64,000 bases of DNA, from positions 1,405,672 to 1,469,671 of the forward strand of contig JAWQFM010000009.1 of the NCBI GenBank assembly GCA_033442325.1. Direction: 5' to 3'. This stretch comes from Salpingoeca rosetta (taxonomy: Eukaryota > Protista > Choanoflagellata). A program made the position numbers and the translations under genes. The notes beneath the pieces are model-generated. The model did no database searches. It worked only from the letters and a program-made list of their open reading frames with translations, and was not told where the DNA came from. This document shows, one piece after another, positions 53,067 through 64,000 of the stretch (positions are counted from its first letter, which is position 1; each line of letters opens with the position of its first letter).

Positions 53067-54130
53067 ATGTCACGCAGCTGGCGACGAGTGGCGGTCAACG
53101 CGCAAGCGTGGACGCCAACAGCAAAGGTCAGGCCATGTTTGTGCGTGTGGGGTGTGTGCTCGTGTGTGCATGCATGTATGTGCGTTTATTTGTATGCTCG
53201 ATAATGTATGTGCATGTGTTTCTTTGTACGTGCACTTCATTGCCGCGCCGTGTACAGTCAGTCGCTTACTTGTCGTTTGACAACACAACACAATGGGCTG
53301 TTGTTCTCACGTTCAGGAGTTTGCGGGTGCGATAGCACGGGTGCAGCGAGATGAACGCGAGCGCATCCTTCGGTTTAGGTTCATCCAAGATGCCAAGAGT
53401 AGCTTGGTGAGTTTGTGTGTGCGTGTGTGTGTGCGTGTGTATGCGTGCGTGTGCGTGTGCGCGCGCGCGCCACTTGTGCATGATGTATGTGTTATTTCTT
53501 GAAGAGATGCGCTTTCCCCAAGTGGAAACCCCAAGGTCAGGACTATAGCGCATTTGCCACCAGTTCAAAGCAAGGTTGCTCACAGTTTAACACCGCTCGC
53601 TTAGGTTGGGCGGTTGTTATTGAGATATCTAGTGCAGGAAGAGCTTGGCGTGCCAAACGCTGAGATTGAGCTGGTGCGGGAGGAAAGTGGTCGCCCCGTG
53701 CTGCGGTGCCCGGAACACGTGTCGCAGTTGCGATTTAACGTCTCTCATGCAGTGAGTCTGGTGGTGGACATCCCGTTTCTCGAGGGACGTTGGTGGGTGA
53801 GGCTGTTTTTGCTTGTGGGGGTTCCTCACCACGATCGCTATCTTGTCCATAACCGCGCTCCTTGCTGTTTTCCTTTGTTGTTGCCTCAAAGGGGTCATAT
53901 GTGGTAATGGCAGCTGATTCGGAGCGCGAGATTGGCGTGGATGTCATGGACCATCGACGGCCCTTGCATGATGATGTGGAGCGGTTCTTCGAGCTCATGA
54001 CAACCACCTTCACGCCAAAGGAATGGGACAACATTCGCCGATCCGACACCCACGGCACAGCCCTTGTCAGTCAGTGAGTGTAAGTGAGTGTGTGTGAGTG
54101 TGTGTGTGTGTGCGTGTGTGTGTGTGTGTG

Positions 54131-54163
<33 letters not shown>

Positions 54164-54925
54164 GATTGTCTGTCTGTCTCTGTGTGTATTGGCTTGAGTG
54201 CGGGCGTTCATGCGGGTCAGTAGGTGGTTGATGCAAGGCACACGTCTGTACCTCACGTGTGGCTGGTGTGACCATGATACTGTCATCACTGCTTACCAGC
54301 TTGAGTTTTATCGCTACTGGACGCTAAAGGAGAGCTATATCAAGGCCATTGGTCTTGGCCTGCGCATGGATCTTCAGCGGTTACAGTTTGCCTCAGATCC
54401 CCGTCTCTCACACGCACAAGACGACTTGATGTACGTGTATGTGTTGTGTGTGTGTGTGTGTTATGTGTGTGCATATGTGTGTGTGCGTTGTGTGCATGTG
54501 TGTGTGTGTGTGTAATGCATTGCCCTTCATTTCTCGTACCCCTCCGCTCTCATGTACACACATACACACGCACATTCCCACCAACACCACCACCAAGGGC
54601 CGTGGTGGATGGTGCGACGTGCGAGGTGGATGGCGAGCGGTTGTCAGACTGGACGTTTGAGCAGTGTCATCTTGATCCGCGGCACTGCGTCTCCGTCTGC
54701 GTACACCGTTCTCCCGGCTCCTATCGCCCACAGCCCTTTGTGATTATGGACACAGCAGCCGTCATTGATGCCCTGGGTAAGAGAGAGAGAGAGAGAGAGA
54801 GTGTGTGTGTGTGTGTGTGTATGTGAGTGAGGGAGTGAGTGAGTGAGTGTGAGTGTGTGTGTCTGTCTGTGTGTGTGTGTGTGTGTGCCTGTATGTGTGT
54901 TTGTATATCTCTCTGTCTCTCTCTG

Positions 54926-54958
<33 letters not shown>

Positions 54959-55168
54959 GCCTCTGTCTCTCTCTCTCTGCCTCTGTCTCTCTCTCTCTCT
55001 GTTTGTGTATCTCTTTGTGTATGTTATCCTGAATCCGTGCTCACAGCAATGTACATCTCCACGTCGTCTGCGACGGCTTGTGCAGCGCCGCTGCGTGAGG
55101 ATGAACTTGACGATCCCGCCGTCATGGGCATCTTCGCCCAAATGAAGGACAAGCCGCAACGCCAATAG
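53067..55168 (+). CDS. AASDHPPT: 4'-phosphopantetheinyl transferase (Sfp-type, AASDHPPT/Lys5), 7 exons
   Basis: ERERILRFRFIQDAKSSL|VGRLL, GRPVL, FNVSHA|GSYVV, IGVDVM, FTPKEW, FYRYWTLKESYIKAIGLGL. Confidence 0.93.
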
Positions 55169-55501
55169 CAGGACGCTCGCGCACGTGCGTGTGTTCGTGT
55201 ATCGTGTGTGTGTGTGTGTGTGTGTGTACCTGTGTGTGTGTGTGTGTGTCTGCAATGAAGATCAAGCAAAAGCAGCTGCTTGTTCAAACACAAACGCACA
55301 CAGTCTCGGCAATTTTTATGGTGTCGTGTGGTGATTTTGGTTGTGGTCGTTGATGAGGTGGCTGTTGTCGTTCTTCCTCCAACCCAGCCAGCAAGCACTC
55401 GCAGGCAGAAGCGTACACAGACACACACCAAGCACGAACAAGCGCACGCACTAGCGCAAACACGAGCGCACTCACCGACACACACGTCGCGCCCAGGCGC
55501 C

Positions 55502-56418
55502 ATGTCTGATTCGTCTGTGCCGCCCTCGCCTGGGTTCTTGATAAAGCGACGGTCCAGGGATGCGGTGCGGTCGCAGCGCCGACGCTCGCTCCTGCACCAG
55601 TTCCCGCACTCGCTGCCCTCTGCACTGAACGACCCGCGCAAGGGCAGACAGGTGGACCTGTTCACCCGCGACTGGGGCGACAGCTTCGTGCCCACCCGCA
55701 CCAAAATCACCTTTCCTCACACGAAACGAGAGTTTCACCCACAAACAAAGGCGTCCCGCAAGGTACATGTCGTCGCACCGCAACTGCATGACATCACAAG
55801 CAAACGCACACCGACTTGCATTGCCGCCCACGCCGGGTCTTCTCGTCGTGTGCCCCCGCTGCGCCCCTTTCCCTCACGCTTATCCTCGCCCTCAAACCCG
55901 CGCTCTCTTCTCCCACTCACACGCAACCCACACACACGTATGCGTTGATGTTGCCGCAGCACCATGTCGCGAGCACGACGGCGCCGTCCTCCGTCGCATC
56001 ATCGCCGGGGATTCCCAGGCCCACGTTTTCCGAGGACGACTCTGAAGCCGAGGCACCCTTGCGCAAACCCAGACTGCCAGATGTGCCATCGGTTCGTCAC
56101 AACAGTGCACTGCGCTGTTTCCAAAGTGATGTCTGGTTGTTTCTGGGTTGCTTCCTGCATCTCTCGCTTGCGTCAGCCAACATTCGATTTGTCACACTTG
56201 TATGCTCGCACATACATGTGCACACTCGCACGCACACACTTGAAAACTCGCACACACCCGTGCACACTCGCACGCACGCCATGTGCAGATGTTTCTCAAC
56301 GCCGAGTTTGACTTGAGGGACAAGGACACGTTTGACGCGGTTATACTGGGAGGAACCCAGCGCACTCGCGACCTGCGCGCCAACACCAGACTGCGGCAGG
56401 AGAAGGTGCGTGCATGCG

Positions 56419-56474
<56 letters not shown>

Positions 56475-57204
56475 ATGCCTTGTGTGTTGTTTGACTTCTT
56501 TTCACACTCGCCACTGACACGCGCTGCACAATTTGCCATGTCGCCCTCGCACTGCCATGCCAGCTTTCGAACCATCTCGACTCTGTGGAGATGCAGTTGT
56601 CTATCGAGTTGGCGCAACGAGCGCAGCGCATCTTCGCCGCCATGTCGTCCCACGAGGTACGCACGTGTGTATGTGTGTATGCTTATGTCTCTGTGCGTCT
56701 GTGTCTGTATTACATTTTATACTCGCGTTTAAAGCACAATTCGCAGGTAGCGTCGCATCTACAGTTTCATTCACACACACACACACGCACGCACACGCAC
56801 GCACGCACGCAGGAGCTCGGGGAGAAGGTGGCGGTTGCGAGCAGGGCGGTGCACCAGTTCCGCACGCGCCTCGACGCCACCAAACAACATGTCAAACACG
56901 CTTACATCCGCATGCTGCGGCTGCTGATACAGCGGCAAAACTACAGCAACGTGCTTGCCACTCTCAGCACGGTGGCAACGGTGTCGCGCACACAGAGCAC
57001 CATCCAATACATGCTGGCCAGTGGGGAATACAACAAGGCACTTGACCTCATCCAAACGACACAGGAGGTGGTGGCAACGGACCTTAAAGGGGTACACGCG
57101 GTGCGCCACCTTGCTCACCAGCTGGCAGAGATCAAGACGCTGATTGCCAAGATGGTGGACGGTGATCTCGTGCAGGTCCTCGTCGACGCAGTTAAGTCGG
57201 GTGC

Positions 57205-57255
<51 letters not shown>

Positions 57256-59046
57256 GTGTGTGTGTGTGTGTGTGTGTGTGTTTGTCTGCATGGGCCTGTT
57301 TGTGGCTTGATGGAGACTTTATCATATGCGACGATGCCTGAAAATTGTCTTTGATGGATGACCATTTCACACCCTGCAGTGTATTCTCACCTTCAACCCC
57401 CTCCCTCCCGCGCTTTGCAGTTGTGCCGCCGCTGTTTGCTGGGGAGAGCGAGGGCACACACGACGGCGCGGTGCCATCGCTGACGCCGCTACCACCAGAG
57501 TACAACAATGACAACGAAGATGAGGGCGAGGAGGATGAGGAAGGCGCGCGTGTTGATGCGCTGCTGCAGACGATACGCCCACTCGTTGGCGCCATTGCAC
57601 GGCAGCAGCAGAGCCAGGTGCTCGCCACGTATGAAACGCAGCTCCTCACGTTTCTTCGCGGTCTCGTCAAGGACCTGGTGGTGGATTTCTTGCGGTGCTG
57701 CCCAGAGAAGGCGGTGCGCAAGACCGTCGACCCAACCCAGATTGCATCATGGGGTGACTCCTTGCGGCTGCTGTCCTTTGACAGCTGGATGGTGCTGCTC
57801 GACCGCACAACGTGCGTGTTCCTGCGCATTCTCCGGCACATTGTGTGCAACCACGACGCGCTTGCCATTGCTCTTCGCGAGCTTTCACCGCAGCCCTTCA
57901 GCATGCCGCCCTCGGGCCCGCCTTCGCCCACCAAGACACGAACAGACAGCAGTGGCAGCGGTGGTGGTGATGGTGACGGTAATCATGGTGATAGTTGTGG
58001 TGGTGGTGGTGGTGGTGGTGGTGGTGGTGATGATGATGATGATGATCACGCCCAACCGGCAGTCTCTCACGAGAAGAGTGACAGTGCAACTGCTGAAGGC
58101 GGTGATGGCAGCAGCAATGGTGGCGACGGGGGCGGTCATGGCGATGATGACGAGTTTGACGATGAGTTTGTGAGCGACACCCTGGCCAACACGATGGATG
58201 CGACGATGGCGGAGCTTGTGGACGTCGATGTTCAACGGAAGAGCGGCAGCAGAAGCAAGCGGGCCAGCGGTCAGCAGCACAGTAGTAATGGCGGTGGAAA
58301 TGGTGGTGGCGGTGGTGACTCGAGGACACAGGCACGCCGCAGCCGACAAGACAGCACCGGTCGGGGTGACAATGACGGCGATAGCAATGGCAATGGCGAC
58401 AGCGGTGGTAGTGGTGGTGGTGCAGTGTTGAGTGGGGCGCAGTATGACCGCTTGGTTGAGGCGAACCGACGGATTGTGCGGCGTGCAGTGGAGGAGATAC
58501 ACACGCGCCTGGCAAAGGTGTTCCAGGCGCGATTGCGTGATGGTATCGATGCCAAGCTTGGGGCAACCGCATTTATCACGTATTACAACAAAGTGTGGGC
58601 GTTTCTGACGCAATCGGAGGCGCTGTCTGGTTTGCACACCAACACTCTTCGCAACACTCTCAGCTCCCAGGTGTGTGTGTGTGTGTGTGTGCGTGTGCGT
58701 GCGTGCGTGCGTGCGTGTGTGTGCGTGCGTGCGTGCGTGCGTGTGTGCGTGTGCGTGTGTGTGTATGTGTGCGTGCGTGCGTGCATGTGTGTGTGTGATC
58801 GTGGTTTCTCCTGTGCTTGCGTCAAGCACTCGACTTATCCGCGAACCACCCACAACCACCACCACCCGCTCCCCGTGCGAGGACAGACGCGTGCATTCGC
58901 GAGCAAATTCCACGCGCGGGAGATGGAGAAGCTACAGGCCATGCTGCAGACGGAATCCTGGTCAATGGTGAGCACTGGTGCCAAACACGACATGCGCAAC
59001 GTGCTTGCTCCTCTTCTAAACGCTTTGTATGCACGTGATGCACTCA

Positions 59047-59081
<35 letters not shown>

Positions 59082-59848
59082 GCGCAAGTGCCTCTGGAAT
59101 GTCAGCGGCTGTATTCGCAACTGCTGCATCCAACTGACACCGCAAAGCAAGAGGACAAACAACGGCAACAACACGTCGCCACGAATGGCGACCACCCATC
59201 ATCATCCTCATCATCGACAGCGAGGAAGAAATTGGACGTGGACGGAGAAGAACACGCAGCCATCGGCGCGCTTCTGCTGTACGTACACACACACGCGTGC
59301 ACTCATGGTGATGTGAGGATGAGAGAAGGAAGGATGACAATTGTTTGTGTGAGTGCCTCTCACACATACACACTCTCTCACACACATGTGCGCACGACGC
59401 CGCGCCCGTTGACAGGTTCATCAAGATGTTGGCGGAGTACTGCCGATGTCTCGATGCCATGCCGCTCGCGGCCTCTGATCTCCTCAGAAAACTCTTTGAA
59501 ATCCTCCGCTCATTCAATTCGCAGGTGTGGCGTGCTGGGTGGTGCATGCATGTGTTTTGCGTGTGTTGCGTGTCGTGCTGAACTCTACCCTCCTGCAGCT
59601 TTTGCTCCCCTCTCAATTGCATCCCCGCCCCCCAAAAAAAATGCACACGTGTGCAGGTACGGCGGCTGATTTTGCAAGCGGAGGCAATGCGCACGCTCGG
59701 GCTGAAGCGAATCACCGCCAAGCACATTGCGCTCAGCGCCGAGGCCATCGCTGTCATCCTGGCAGTGCTGCCCTCCATCAAGCAGCGCAGTGCAAAGCTC
59801 GTCAGGGATCGATCGAAGGTATGTGTGAGTGTGTGTGTGTGTGTGTGT

Positions 59849-59896
<48 letters not shown>

Positions 59897-60431
59897 CGTG
59901 TTAGCATGACTTTGTCCGCTTCCTCGCCCACTTCCGTCTCACAAACACATCGCGCACACACACACATCGCACACACACACACCGTTTCACATGCGTACGC
60001 AGAGCATGTTGTCTGAGTTCAACAGCGTGCAGGATGAGTACGCGCGACACCAGCATGATCTCCTCAGCAAACTCACCGTCATCATGGAGGACGTGTGGTC
60101 TGCATGCGAACAGGTACACACATGGCAGGACACGTGCTCTGTGTGTGTGTGTGTGTGTGAGTGTGTGTGTGTGTGTGCATGTGTGTTTGTCTATCTGTCT
60201 GTGGGCACTTTGACTGTGGTCACCCCTCACACTCCTCCCTTCCATGTGTTCACTGTCATGTTCACCGCCCGGTTGCAGGACATGGCGTGGCAGAAGGCGG
60301 CCGTCACCAACGGCTGCAAGACATTCACTTCGTCGGCACAGAAACTGCACAAGGCCCTGCTGCCCATCTTGCCCCCAGCAACGCTACAGGTGTGCTTGTG
60401 TGTGTGTGTGTGTGCTTGTGTGTGTGTGTGC

Positions 60432-60479
<48 letters not shown>

Positions 60480-60597
60480 ATGTGACATACGCTGTGGTGT
60501 TGTTCAATGTGCATTTTTTTCATCAAGTGCACCTTTGCAATCCTGGTACCTTTCCTCCCCCTCGTGCCTCGAGCCCATCTTCCCCCCTCCCCCTCCC

Positions 60598-60654
<57 letters not shown>

Positions 60655-61057
60655 ATCTGGTGTTCAGGTCGTGTTTGCGAATGTGATGCGCATGCTGAAT
60701 GAGAAGCTGACGGCTGTCTGCAAGAAGCATGATACAGAAAAAGACAAGCCAGCGTTTGTCGGTGCGTTTACTACGCAATCTTTTTTCTCGTGACCCCTTT
60801 CACACAACGTTCTTGACCATTGTTACCGTTCACATCACACACATAAGCTAACCCCACATACACACATATACACATACACACATATACACATACACACGTA
60901 CACATGCACACCCCCAGGCGTGGCTGCAGATGTGCTACACATGGAGAAGCATCTGGGAACGTTGTCATCCATGCCCATCTTCTTGTTACGCCAGGGCCTG
61001 TCAGAGGCGGGCGTGGTGCTACCTCCGCTTGTCGACACCATCGCTCAGGATGCTTGA
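55502..61057 (+). CDS. VPS54: GARP complex subunit Vps54, multi-exon
   Basis: LPSALNDPR...[17 protein letters not shown]|[12 protein letters not shown]...[30 protein letters not shown]|[38 protein letters not shown]; stop at 61055-61057. Confidence 0.93.
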
Positions 61058-61571
61058 CGTGGGCGCGCGTGCGTGCATGTATGAATGCGCATGCATGCGT
61101 ACACCGTTTGATGTCCTGGCAACTTTTCGGTACACGCAGTCCACAACGCCAGCGCAGTAAACTCTCCCTCACTCCAGTTGGAAGCCACTGCGGTGGAATG
61201 GATGTGCAGTTCTCATCTCATTTCAGCATGTGCGTGTGTGTTTGCGTGCCTGAGGGGCGTTGAAACATCGGGTGAATCACACAACGCACCAGTGGGAAGT
61301 TGATGGCTGTTGCTTTATTTAACGCAGATAAAGGCAGCAGCTGCATATTAACAAGTAACTCGTCAAGAACTGTAACATTCCCTGATGGTGCAAAGCAAAC
61401 CGTGAGCAGAGCATAACACACAGACACAACACACGCACACACACACAGACACAACACGCACACACAGACACAACACACACACACACACACAACACGCACA
61501 CACACACACAACACACACACGCACAGAACACACACACAACACACATGCACACACACACACATTAATTCGCA

Positions 61572-62436
61572 TCAGGCTGCCTGCCAGCCCTCGTTGTCCC
61601 ATTCCTCATGGATGGACTCTGTCATCACGCCACACTGCGCGCCTGCATCCCAGCTCAGACTTGCACTGGCATTTCCATCATCACGAGCATCATCACCATC
61701 ATCACCATCATCATGCTCGCCTTTCGCTGCGTCCTCTCCATCAGCAACACGGCCACCATCATAATCATCGCCATCGCTCACGCCAGGGAACATGGCGTTT
61801 GCGTGACTGGTCATCACGACACCTTCTGCTCTCCCTGCACCCCTGTCAAAACTCGTGGTGGCGCCAGCAGCCACCGAAGACACATTGCCAGTGGGGTTAT
61901 CGGTGTCGTGGCCCGCATGATGTTGTTGGGCGGCGTGGTGGCTGAAAGGGCCGAGCGACGTGCCGGCAAACTTGCAGAATATGTCTTCGAGGGTTGTCTG
62001 GGAGATGCTAAAGTACTCCAGCCCATGTTGGCGCTGCAGGGCGAGCGCACGCTCAAACGCAGCGGAGAGTGGCTGTGCCGATGCGGTGGGCACGAAGAAT
62101 CGCACATACCCACGATGCGCCTCCACCAACTGCGCGCCGGCAAACTGCGCACGCACGTGCTCCTGCGAGATGGGGAGCTCACCAGTGGCCTTCAGCACCA
62201 GCGTGTACCCGTCCCCAAACTTCGTCTTGAGCATCTGTACGTGTGATGAACGCAAGGGCAAACACAAACAGCGGGAACGGGAGGGGCGACAGGTGAGTAA
62301 CAATGAAACGAAGCTCAAGCTAAATGTCAGATGCGAAGACATTGTATTTGGTGGTCGTGGCACACTGGGCACAGCGAATACCCTAGTTTGAGTGGGCACA
62401 CTAACACATGTGCACAGCGTGCTATCTACAACACCC

Positions 62437-62511
<75 letters not shown>

Positions 62512-64000
62512 CACAGCGCTCCCCTCAACATCCCCGCCCCGCCCCGCCCCCTTCCTCCCACCCATCCCAAACACAACACCTGCGGGGTGCCGATGCACTT
62601 GAGTTTGCCGTCGACCATGATGGTGAGGCGATTGCACAATGCCTCGCACTCCTCCATGCTGTGCGACGTCAACAGGACCGAGCGTCCACTGCGCACAACG
62701 GCGAGCACGCGCGACCACAGGAACCGCTTGGCGTGTGCGTCCAGACCCGCGCTCGGCTCGTCAAGTAGCACCACGCCGCGCGTGCCCAGCAGCGCCATCG
62801 CCAGTGACAGCTTGCGTTTTGTGCCGCCACTCAGGTGCCGTGCAGTCGTGTTCTTCCACTGCTGTAGGTCCAGCACACGGAACAGCAGCCGCGCTCCCTT
62901 CTCCACCGCCTCTGGTGTCAGTCCACGCAGGCCGCCGTACAGCTGCATGTGCTCGGTTGGCGTCAGCAGCGGCAACAGGGCGTCCTCCTGTGGACAGTAG
63001 CCCATTTGCCGCTGCGTGATGCGCCTGTGCTGTGACACCGACACGTCATCCAAGAACACATCGCCCAATGTGGCCGCGTGCTCGCCCGAGATCACCTTGA
63101 AGGTCGTTGTTTTTCCAGCGCCGTTCACGCCCAACAGGCCAAAGCACTCGCCCCGTCGCACACCAAACGACACGTCGTCCACAGCAGCATGGCGCCGTGC
63201 TTGGCGCTTGCCATTCTTCCTCTGATGTGGCGAGTCGGCAGCGCTTCTGGTGTCCTTTGTCTTCTTCCTGCTCTTTGTGGAGTACACCTTGGTCAAGTGC
63301 TCCACGCGAACAGCAAATGCCTCCGGGTGTTCGCTCAGCGCTTCCATCTCCGCCTCAAGTGCCGGCTCGTCCACAAGCGAGGTCGCCCCACCGTTCGTAC
63401 CGCGGTGGCGACGACGGTGTTGACCACGGCTGCGGCTGCGGCGGTTGAAGTTGGTGCTGTTGGTGTTGATGCTGACGTTTGTATCATGGTTGTGCTGCTC
63501 ACCAGGGGCAATCATGCCGCGGAAACGGCGACCAGGATCACCACCACCACCACCACCACCACCACCACCATCATCACCAGCAGCAGCAGCATCGTCACTG
63601 TCATTGCTGTCGCTGTCATAACCACTGCCACTGCGACTGTTGCTGCTGGAAGTGGACGTGACACTTGAGCGCCGGGCTGCCGTGTATCCACCACTGCCAC
63701 TGCTTCCACCAGCACGAGCACCAGCAAAGTGACGCACACACCGCCACCAGCGCAGCACACGTGCACGGGCACTGCTGGTCCACGACTTGAGCCGCTGCTG
63801 CGACCAGTACTGGATGCACAGCGTGAGGAGGAAGAAGGCAACGGTGTGCACGGCCATGACAAACATGTTGCGACCAGCAATGTCCCATGAGAAAGGGGAC
63901 GTGAACGATGGAAGCTCGTCCCCGTACAGGTTTGCCTGCAGGTCGTTGTACTGCGCAGTGTATTCGTTGGTGGCAATGTCCAGCAGCCCGCGCCCAAAGC
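61572..64000 (-). CDS. ABC transporter subfamily A, C-terminal part (last TM helix, NBD2, regulatory domain); 5' end lies outside the window
   Basis: GECFGLLGVNGAGKTTTF, MGYCPQ, LSGGTKRKLS, LLDEPSAGLD, LTSHSMEECEALC, GTPQ|MLKTKFGDGY, SQTTLEDIF; intron 62235-62579. Confidence 0.95.

Overview
Gene-dense, intron-rich, GC-rich eukaryotic DNA packed with (GT)n/(CA)n microsatellites. Style and gene content suggest a choanoflagellate, most likely Salpingoeca rosetta (inference). Most ORF-track entries are microsatellite artefacts, so I rebuilt genes by splicing GT-AG exons by eye. Genes in order: VOC/glyoxalase-family protein (+), BBIP1/BBS18 (-), Warts/LATS kinase (+), FGFR1OP/CEP43 (-), a secreted coiled-coil protein with two fibrinogen-like domains (+), CHMP5/Vps60 (-), TMEM267 (-), an orphan 4-TM protein (+), an ER-type Cys glutathione peroxidase (+), a large orphan gene (-), UTP18 (+), a signal-peptide-bearing LSMT-type SET protein (-), an intronless mucin-stalk/SBBP beta-propeller protein (-), AASDHPPT-type phosphopantetheinyl transferase (+), VPS54 (+), and the 3' part of an ABCA transporter (-). 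An intact chromovirus LTR retrotransposon (243-bp LTRs, CATGC target-site duplication) sits in an intron of the fibrinogen-like gene. Most notable observations: the Warts hydrophobic motif has Asn at the Hippo-phosphorylated Thr; introns show 5'(GT)n...(CA)n3' polarity; two secreted proteins share a cubilin-like N-terminal module with different heads; the SET enzyme has a signal peptide; the LTR starts with a MARE/AP-1-centred palindrome; and two promoters share an exact 16-bp motif.
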